Of a stretch of 64,000 nt of DNA, positions 16,001 to 24,222 are shown piece after piece; positions within the stretch are counted from its first letter, which is position 1, and each line of letters opens with the position of its first letter. Origin of the DNA: an uncultured bacterium (lineage in GTDB: Bacteria > Krumholzibacteriota > Krumholzibacteriia > LZORAL124-64-63); NCBI GenBank assembly GCA_963772145.1, contig CAVYVY010000011.1:67607-131606 (forward strand), read 5' to 3'. The notes under the pieces were generated by a model. The model worked only from the letters and a program-made list of their open reading frames with translations. It had not been told where the DNA came from and did no database searches. A program made the translations under genes and the position numbers.

Positions 16001-19000
16001 ATGGCGAACGAGGTCCACCTCATCGGTCAGAACGTCCTCAACCCGCCGCCCGCGGACCGCTGGTTCGTCGACTACCTGCCGCTCAACGGGGGCGACGAGC
16101 TCACCTACTACGTCGACGGCGAGAGCTACGCCACCGACCTGCACGCCGCCCTCACCGGCGCCACGCAGGAGATCTGCCTGACCGGCCTGCACTTCAGCGG
16201 CCACTTCCACCTCAAGCGGCCGGGCGGCTGCGACCCCCTGAAGCAGGACGACCCCGACACTCTGCAGGAGATCCTGGCGGCCCGCAGCAAGGCCGGCTGC
16301 GAGATCTATCTGCTGGTCAACCAGTTCTGGCCGGACGAAGGGGAGATCGCCGCCGACTACTGGCGCGCCTACCGGGACCTCGACAAGCTGCTCTGGAAGA
16401 TGCCGCACGCGATCGCGCGGCACGATCATGGCCTCGGGCGGGATTCCCGACTACCTGGAGAAGACGTTCGCCTTCTTCGAGTACCTCAGGCGACCACGGC
16501 AACGCGGCGAAGATCCACTGCTACACCGACATCCACCAGGGCTACATCTTCCACAGCAACCACCAGAAGACGATCATCGTGGACCGCAATATCGCCTTCT
16601 GGGGCGGCATCGACCTGACCGACATCGACGGCGACCGCTGGGACGCCGCCGCGCACGCGCCGGGCAACAAGCTGCGCAACTTCGACAAGCCGGAGCGCAA
16701 CTGGCACGACCTGCAGCATGCGGGCCGTCAAGCCGCAGGGCGCCAAGGTCGAGCGCCGTCGACTACGTCTACGCCAACTTCCTGGCGCGCTACAACCACG
16801 GCTACCTCTACACGCCGTGGCGCAACGGGCAGGGCGTGCTCGAGGCGAAGCGGGAGAGCAGCTTCCCCAAACTGTCGCCGCCCGGCGGCAAGACCGCGCG
16901 GGACTACGTGCCGAAGGAGTGCTGGTACTACCCGCGGCAGCGCGAGCGCTACCAGCAGCAGGGCGTGCTGGCCTGGCCGCTGGTGCAGGTGGTCCGCTCC
17001 ATGCCGGCCGGCGCCGGCGGCAACTACTCCCGCAACCAGCATCCGCTCTGGAACGAGCTGCGGGTCGAGGTGCAGCCCGACGCGGATTTCCCGCCGCAGT
17101 ACGTCAACCCTTCGTTCGAGCACTCCGCGCGCGACGCCTACCTCAAGGGGATCGCCGCCGCCGAGAAGTTCATCTACCTCGAGAACCAGTGGGTGGCCGA
17201 CGACAGGATCTGGGCCGCGCTGTTCGCCGCCGCCGAGAAGCACGGCGCCGAGGCCGACTTCCGGCTGCTCGTCGTCCTGCCCAAGAAATTCCTGGCGGCG
17301 GCCGGCTTCGGCAGCGAGCAGACGATCGACCTCAACCCGTACGTGGAGCGGCTGGCCCGCATCTTCAAGGACAAGGGACGGCCGGAGAACTTCGGCCTGT
17401 TCAGCATCCTGCAGCCGGCGGGGCACCAGGATCCGGTGCGCGAGCAGACGAAGGTGCCGGAGTGCGTCTGGGACTACACGTACGTGCACTCCAAGCTGCT
17501 GATCGTGGACGACTGCTGGGCGCTGCTCGGCTCGGCCAACGCCGGCGGCATCTCGCTGACCGGGCTGGGCACGACGAGCGAGCCGGACACGGAGCTGTCG
17601 GCCATCGTGCTCGACGAACGGGGCGACGGCTCCCTCGTCAAACAGCTGCGCAAGAAGCTCTGGGCCGAACACCTCGGACTCGCCGAGGCGGACGTGGCCG
17701 ACTACAAGACCGGCGCCGACCTGTTCCACACGCAGGCGAAGGGGCAGCCGTTCAACACGACGAGCGCGAAGCGCGTGCACTACAACCTGCTCTACTACCC
17801 CTCCTCCCCCAAGGCCGCGGCCGCGCCCAACAAGGGGGTGTGGCGGCACCTCAAGTGGGAGCAGATCCAGCACCAGGTGAAGGCGCGCGTGGCCGACCCC
17901 GACGCCATCCACCAGACCTACTACAACCTGAGCGGCCCGCTCACGGCCGTGCACATGCTGCTCGAGCGCGATCCGTCGCGGTACGAGAAGCTGGTGGACA
18001 ACCTCTACAAGACCGGCGTCGACAAGGCGTGCGACGTGCGGCTGCAGCTGCCCGACCCCCACCTGCACGACGTGCCGGTCCTGGTGCGGCCGCAGGAGCT
18101 GGTCGAGTTCGCCGTCGAGCCGGAGCACCCGATCCTCGAGGTCGACTGGATGGTCGGCGGCGCGCTCACCGACAGCGCCAACTGGGTGCTCGACTACCAG
18201 GGGGCGGTGTCCGAGACCACCGCCACGGTCTGCTCCAACGGCGACATGGTCCGCCACCTGAAGAAGATCGTCCCGTGCCAGGGCGGCGTGACGCATCTGA
18301 GCTGCGAGAGCTACGGCGAGCTGAAGGAGGCGCAGCGGGCGAGCGTGCTGTTCGGCACCGGCGCGCCGGCGAAACCGCACACGGTGTTCGGCGCGGTCAA
18401 GCTCGGCACGGCGCTGCTGCTGCAGCCGGACGAAGCTGCGGTCGAGCGCGACAAGGGCGTGGCCAACCGCGACCTGGGCGACCCGAAGTACTGGATCAGC
18501 CGCGTGACCGACAACCCGTGGCTGCAGCTCAGGCGCGACCGCGCCTACCCGCTCTACCCCGGCGTGCTGACCCCGTACGACGTGAAGCACATCCTGGGCG
18601 ACCGGATGTACGTGCGCCTGCTCCAGCCGCTCGAGTTCAAGTACGACGGCGACAAGATCACCGACGTGCGGATGAGCTTCTGGACCTGGGGCCGCCGCTC
18701 CACGCTCGAGGTGCCCGCCGCGCTGTTCGCCAAGCAGGTCTACGGCTTCTTCATCGGCTACTACACGAACGGCGCGCGGGCGAGTGCCGAGGAGAAGCTG
18801 ACGCTGCGCGCCAACCGGGTGCGGCTCAAGGCCGGCTGGCAGCGCGACTACGTGCACGACGATGTCGACGGCAGCAAGCTGACCGTGATCTGCCACGGCG
18901 GCGCGCTGCGGGTGGAGCTGGCGCGATGCGTCTGGTCGACGTGGGAGGTCGTGCAGACCGTCGACGTCGGCGCGGGGCAGTCGGTCACGCTGCAGATCGG

Positions 19001-19094
19001 CGAGGCGTCGAAGGTCAACGACCAGGACGACCGCGCGCGCATCACGGCGACGGCGGACGCAGAGTACTCGCTGGAGATGAAGAGCTGGACGTAG
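16001..19094 (+). CDS. Phospholipase D-superfamily T6SS effector (Tle5/PldA-like), dual HKD; reading frame broken by four +1 insertions at about 16427, 16488, 16717 and 16757
   Basis: HKD motif 1 is FHSNHQKTIIVDRNIAFWGGIDL (frame of track ORF 15421..17502). HKD motif 2 is YVHSKLLIVDDCWALLGSANAG (track ORF 16428..19094). The N-terminus MANEVHLIG... is in ORF 16001..16618. I joined the pieces by reading all three frames. The frame is continuous from about 16760 to the stop at 19094. Confidence 0.8.
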
Positions 19095-19146
19095 GCACGG
19101 GCCCGGCCCGGCCTGCGCCCGATCGCCCCGACGCCGGCGCCCCCGC

Positions 19147-19710
19147 CTACCGCATCCCCTCCAACGGCACCGCGGCCAGCGCCGCCTTCGCCGCCGCGTT
19201 CTCCGCGGCGAGCGAGCGGGCCAGCGCGTCGACGACCTTGCGGCATTGCGCTTCGGCGAGCAGCCACTCCAGGGCGCGTTCGCCGGTCGGCGCCGTCTGC
19301 ACGAGGACGAAGGCCCAGCGGTGCGGCAGCACGGACGTGTCCGGAAGTGCGCGCGCGAGGTTGTCCAGGATCGCCGTGCGCTCCTCGGACGAGATGGGCG
19401 CCCGGCGCAGGTTGCCAACCTCGTCATTCGCGTAATTGACGCCCCCGGACTGGTGCCGCTTGAACAGCGCGCCGTCGGGCGGCGCCGCCCCCTCGTACAG
19501 GACGACGCTCGCCACCGGCTTCTCCTGCGGACCCACATAGGTCAGCTTCGCCTGGATCGGCTCGCTGCGGGACCAGGCCCCCGGTTCGCGTTCCCCGCCC
19601 TCTCGCGTGCTCATCGTATCCCCTCCTCTGTGGCCGCAGCCGATCGCGAGTGCGGCCAGGATCGGCAGCGAGACCGCGATTCGCCAGGGTGTCATCCGAC
19701 GGTTTTCCAC
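19147..19710 (-). CDS. Lipoprotein, candidate periplasmic T6SS immunity protein
   Basis: The lipobox LAALAIGC follows a basic N-region (ENRRMTPWR). GGAG lies 6 nt before GTG 19710. It is the last gene of the vgrG-distal operon, immediately after the 256-aa unknown and convergent with the PLD gene. Confidence 0.55.
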   Translation of the reverse strand: MENRRMTPWRIAVSLPILAALAIGCGHRGGDTMSTREGGEREPGAWSRSEPIQAKLTYVGPQEKPVASVVLYEGAAPPDGALFKRHQSGGVNYANDEVGNLRRAPISSEERTAILDNLARALPDTSVLPHRWAFVLVQTAPTGERALEWLLAEAQCRKVVDALARSLAAENAAAKAALAAVPLEGMR

Positions 19711-19722
19711 AACTGGCTCCAA

Positions 19723-20493
19723 TCAGGGGACGAGGGCCGGCTTGACGAACCCGTCCGCGTCGTTGCGCGCCTTGTTGAAGAGCTTGAAGGCGTCGAGGAC
19801 GTTCTTGTCCGGCTCCGTCAGCTCCCCCACGTACTGCGAAATGCCCGGCCGCCCGTGCTTGTTGTCGTCATGGGTCTTCGTGAAGCGCCAGGCGATCCCC
19901 TCGTACCAGATCCCGTGGTCGAGACCCTTGCTGCAGAAGGCGAACACCTGGAAATCGAGCACGCAGGTCTTCCATCCATTCGGTTTGGCGGTCTTGTCGT
20001 AGAACCCCTTCACGCCGCCGTCGTTGTTCGGCTGATCCGTGATGCGACTGAGATGGACCGGCGCGTAGCGCAGCGTGTTGTGACTGCCTTCGTGATCGAC
20101 CGCCACGCTCGCGCGGCGTCCGTTGAGGTTCGCGAAGCTGATCTCGCCGACGGTCCAGCCCGGGCGGGCGGCATCGCCCGCCACCTCGGTCCCGTACGAG
20201 TCGTTGTACCAGGGGTGGGTCTCGTTCTTGAGGGCGTCGATGCTCATGCCCCGCGTCTTCGCGCCGGTGAGGCAGGTCGCGTCCTTCCAGTCGAACCCGG
20301 CCCCGGGGCCGTAGTATTCGGACGGCAGCAGCGGCGTGCCGTCGAGGAACCGGGCCACCGCCTGCACGAGCACGATCTTCTCGCCGAACGGCACGCGGGC
20401 CGAGCGCTGCGGGTCGTACTCGACCATGATCAGGTTGGGCGCACTGGTCGGGCTGATCGCGCGCCCGGACAGGACAGTGAAAGGCCCGCTCAT
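19723..20493 (-). CDS. Unknown 256-aa protein, candidate T6SS effector
   Basis: Its own ATG at 20493 is preceded by GGGGGAA and lies 11 nt after the stop of the upstream gene. The track merges it into ORF 19723..21180. No signal peptide (MSGPFTVLSGRAISP). No motif I can assign. Position: vgrG, LysM, LysM, this gene, lipoprotein. Confidence 0.55.
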   Translation of the reverse strand: MSGPFTVLSGRAISPTSAPNLIMVEYDPQRSARVPFGEKIVLVQAVARFLDGTPLLPSEYYGPGAGFDWKDATCLTGAKTRGMSIDALKNETHPWYNDSYGTEVAGDAARPGWTVGEISFANLNGRRASVAVDHEGSHNTLRYAPVHLSRITDQPNNDGGVKGFYDKTAKPNGWKTCVLDFQVFAFCSKGLDHGIWYEGIAWRFTKTHDDNKHGRPGISQYVGELTEPDKNVLDAFKLFNKARNDADGFVKPALVP

Positions 20494-20504
20494 GCCCGTT
20501 CCCC

Positions 20505-21180
20505 CTAGATCCCGTGCCGCTGCAGCAGGCGCGCGCGCAGGTCGTCCGTGATGGTGCCGGTTTCCGCGATGACCTCGAGCTTCTGGAACAGGACGATCGA
20601 GCGGGCCGTGCGCGGCCCGAGGACACCGTCCTCCCGGCCGGCCCGCAGGCCGAGGTTGTTCAGGCGGGCCTGGACCCCCGACACGCCGCGGTCCGGCGTG
20701 TCGTCGCCCATCGGGATTGAGGTGCCCGATGTCCAGCGCGACGAACACCTTGCCGACCTTGAGGGTCGCGGGATCGTGCAGCCGCGGCACCGGCGATTTC
20801 GTCTTGCCGTCGCCACCGCTCGAGCCGGAGCCGCGGGCCACGCCGGCGATCGTGTAGGCGTACGCCACGCCCGCGTTCGGCTTGCCCTTGTCGGCCTCGA
20901 TCACGATGGTCAGTTCGTCGCCCTTGCCCTTCGCCTTGAAGGCGTGCTTCGCGCCGTCGCCCGCCGTCACCGGGCGCTGCCGCACCGGCGGGATCCAGAC
21001 GAGGTCGCCGGCCTGCAGCAGGTTCGGTTTGCGCAGCTTGCGCAGGTCGGAATTCTTCGGATCGTTCCAGATCGTGCGCCAGTCCGCGAACCCGTAATCC
21101 TGGCACAGCTTGCGCAGCCACTCGCCCTGCGACGCCGGATGGTACCCGGGCGGGATGATCTTGCCACTCACCGGCACCAT
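20505..21180 (-). CDS. LysM-like plus PG_binding_1-like protein (paralog 2); +1 frameshift in a CCC run near 20714
   Basis: The N-terminus GEWLRKLCQDYGFADWRTIWNDPKNSDLRKLRKPNLLQAGDLVWIPP is LysM-like. After ...VALDIGHLN the reading continues in track ORF 20505..20816 as PMGDDTPDRGVSGVQARLNNLGLRAGREDGVLGPRTARSIVLFQ, the peptidoglycan-binding repeat pattern. Confidence 0.6.
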
Positions 21181-21214
21181 CCTCCTGTCGGCCGCCCGGT
21201 CCGGGCCCCGCCGC

Positions 21215-21880
21215 TCACGCGTCGTGCTCCGCGGCCAGCTTGTCGCACGTCTTCTGGTCCGGCTCGCCGGTCGCTTCGAGATCGCAGGCCCGCTGGAAAT
21301 CGGCGAGCGCGCTGCGCGTCGGCTCGTCCAGCTCGCCGGAGGCCGGGCAGGGATAGCCCAGGTTCTCGAGCCGCTGCTGGACGCCGGTGATCGAGGCGAC
21401 CGGGTCGAGCCCGCTCAGCCGCAGCTCGAATTTCTGCTGGTCTTTCTCGTCCTGCCCCACGGTCAGGGTGCCCCGCTGCGCGTTCGGCGGCACCGGCACT
21501 TCGACCACGCCGTCGCCATCGGTGCTGCCCTGGCTCAGCTTGCCGTCGATGTTGAGCGTGTACGGCTCGTTCTTGCGGGGCTCGCCGTCGCGCAAAATCC
21601 GCACCCGCAGCCGCGACGGCAGCCCCTTGCGGCGGAAGCGGTGCTTCTGCCCGTCGGCCGCCTGCTCCTGCCGGAGCCGCGGGTCGGGAACCTGCACGCG
21701 GTCGCCCGGCAGCAGCAGCGACGGGTCCTTGCGCTCCCGCTTGAGCTGCGCGTTGTCGGGGTGACTCCAGAGGGTGTCGGGCAGGAAGCCGTGCGCCAGC
21801 GCGATGCTCTCGATGCACTCGCCCCGCTTCACGACGTGATTTCCGCCGCCCACCGGTTTGGCCGCCGCCTGCTCCGCCAT
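21215..21880 (-). CDS. LysM-like plus PG_binding_1-like protein (paralog 1)
   Basis: 221 aa. HVVKRGECIESIALAHGFLPDTLWSHPDNAQLKRERKDPSLLLPGDRVQVP is LysM-like, and ITGVQQRLENLGYPCPASGELDEPTRSALADFQ is PG-binding-like. Its ATG directly abuts the vgrG stop (TAGATG). Confidence 0.65.
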   Translation of the reverse strand: MAEQAAAKPVGGGNHVVKRGECIESIALAHGFLPDTLWSHPDNAQLKRERKDPSLLLPGDRVQVPDPRLRQEQAADGQKHRFRRKGLPSRLRVRILRDGEPRKNEPYTLNIDGKLSQGSTDGDGVVEVPVPPNAQRGTLTVGQDEKDQQKFELRLSGLDPVASITGVQQRLENLGYPCPASGELDEPTRSALADFQRACDLEATGEPDQKTCDKLAAEHDA

Positions 21881-24200
21881 CTAGGCCTTCTCCCAGGTGT
21901 CCTGGTCCAGGTCCGGGAAGGTGACCTTGCAACTGCCCGGCTCGATCCCCTCCACCCGCGCCTGCCCCTTCTCGTCGAGCGTGCCCTCGGCCGTGGAGCC
22001 GTCGGACAGCTCGATCCGGTAGCGCTCGCCCGGCACCGGCTGGCCGTCGTCGTCCACCAGTTCGATCTCGATCCAGCTCGTCTTGCGCGCCTTCTCCTCG
22101 GGCGTCTGCGGCGGCTTGTGCGGCGTGACCTGCGTCATGGCGCCGGCCACCGCGTCGCCCGCGACGACGGCCGCGATCGGCACCGCCGGCGGCACCAGGC
22201 CGAGCGCGCTGATCGCGTCGGCCGCGGTGCCGGGGCCCGAGTTGATCTTGGTCATCCCGCCGTCGATGGTGACGAGCGAGCCGGTCAATGTCACGCCGGC
22301 CGGATCGATGACGACGCTGTTCCCGCCGCACTTCAGCGTGATCTTCGACATCCCCTCCACCACGATGCCCATCGCCTTCAGGTGCAGGCTCTGCCCCACC
22401 TCCTGGTAGTGGTTCGCGCTGTACCCCTCGCTCACGTCCCCCTTGACCTTGACCGAGCGGCTGCCGCCGATCTCGATCGCCTCCTTGCCGACGACCTTCC
22501 GGTGGCGGTCCTTGCCGATCTCCTCGATGTGGTCGGCGCCCACCTTCTCCTGCCGGTTGTTGTCGACCTGCTCGATCTGGTCCTTCTTGACGTACAGGTG
22601 GCGGTCGTTGCCGATCCACTCGCGGGCGTCGTTCTTCACCCGCACGTCCTGGTCCTTCTCGGCCTGTACGAACAGCTGCTCGGCGCCCTTCTTGTCCTCG
22701 AAGCGGATCTCGTTGAAACCGCCGCCGCCCTTGCTGGAGAGGCTCTTGAGCGTGGACATCGTGGCGTTGGCCGGCAGGTCGTACGGCGGCATGGCGGCGC
22801 TGTTGTAGACCCCGCCGGTGATGAGCGGGCGGTCGGGATCGCCCTCGAGGAACTCGACCACCACCTCGTGCCCGATGCGCGGGATGAACAGACCGCCCCA
22901 CTGCTTGCCGGCCCACGGCTGGGCCACGCGGATCCAGCAGGAGCTGGTCTCGTCGGCCTGGCTCAGCCGGTCCCAGTGGAACTGCACCTTCACGCGACCG
23001 TGCTGGTCGACGTGGATCTCCTCCCCTTTGGGACCGACCACGAAGGCGGTCTGCGGGCCGGGCACGCGCGGCCTGGGCGTCAGGCGGGCCGGCCGGAACG
23101 GCACCGCGTGGGGCATGCAGACGAAGCGGTTCTCGTACTTGCTCGTCCAGCGTTCCGCGGCGCCGGTGCTCTCGAACACCGCCTCCTGGGTCAGCTCGTG
23201 CCGCACCTCCGTCAGCAGGTAGCTCTGCGCGAAATCGGCGCGGGGGTGCCCCGTCAGATCGAAGCGGTGGCCGGCCAGGAAGCCGCGGCAATCGCTCTCG
23301 CCCCGCGCCACCACCGCCTGCTGGTCGCCCTCCTGGCGGCGCAGCTTCAGCCGGGCCTCCCCCTTGTCGAGCTTGCCGGCCTGCTCCCCTCCGAGCGACG
23401 CGTAGGCGCCGGGGTAGTCGTAGACCTCCAGGCGCCGGTCGCTCCCCTCGGGCACGGTGCTGTTGGCCGAGACGAGCAGGCTGGTGCCGGGATCCATGAA
23501 GTTGAAGTCGCACAGGCTGTAGGCGCCGGTCTGCAGCGCGTGCTCGACCGTCCACGCGTTCACGTTGTCCTTGTCCTCGTGCCGGTCGGATCCCGGGATC
23601 GAACTCCGCGGCCGGCTGGTCGGGACAGGCGGGGTTGCGGCCGGGCGCGTCGGCCAGCACCAGCTTGTGCATCGACGGGCCGTGCTCGAAGAAGTAGAAG
23701 ATCCCCTCCTCCTCGAGCAACCGCGACACGAAGTTGAAGTCCGACTCACGGTACTGCACGCAGTAGACCCACGGCTCGTAGGTCCCATCGAGCCGCAATT
23801 CGAAGTCGTTGAGCTTCAGCCCGGCGAAGACCTGTTTGACGATGTCCGGCACGGTCAGGTTCTGGAAAATGCGGCAGTCGACGCGCCGCGTCAGCAGCCA
23901 CAGCCACGGCACGATCTCGGCATGGTAGACCGTCAGCCGGCGGTCGGCCCCCCCCTGCGCGAAGCGCGAGATCAGGCCGTGGATGCGCCGCGAGCCGCCG
24001 TCGCCGAGCGCGATCTCGATGAGCGCCGGCTGTCCGATCAGCGCTTTGAAGTCGATGGCGTCGTCCTCGGACAGCAACTCGAGCTGGAACTGGAACGGAC
24101 GCGACACGCCCTCCCAGCCGGTCAGTCGTCGGACCATCAGCCGGTCCTCGCCCAGCGGCGTGCTGAGACGGCAGATCCGGCCCTCCTGCTGGAACAACAT
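21881..24200 (-). CDS. vgrG: T6SS spike protein VgrG; +1 frameshift near 23591
   Basis: The N-terminal part (MLFQQEGRICRLSTPLGEDRL...YCVQYRESDFNFVSRLLEEEGIFYFFEH) is at the start of track ORF 21168..24200. The remainder (GPQTAFVVGPKGEEIHVDQHGRVKVQFHWDR...RVAQPWAG..WG..FIPRIGHEVVVEFLEGDPDRPLITG, then the beta-helix repeats) is in ORF 21881..23788. Confidence 0.9.
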
Positions 24201-24222
24201 GGCGGCTCCTGTCGCTCGATCG

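Noticed and set aside
16728-19538. 936-aa minus-strand ORF opposite the PLD gene. Similar long shadow ORFs include 13633..15258(-), 14789..16429(-), 21110..23737(+), 31230..33401(+), 51507..54104(+), 58505..60709(+) and 61604..64000(-).
   Set aside because: They are Arg/Gly/Ala/Pro/His-rich low-complexity translations lying antisense to genes with clear family motifs. This is the usual stop-codon-poor antisense artefact of GC-rich DNA.
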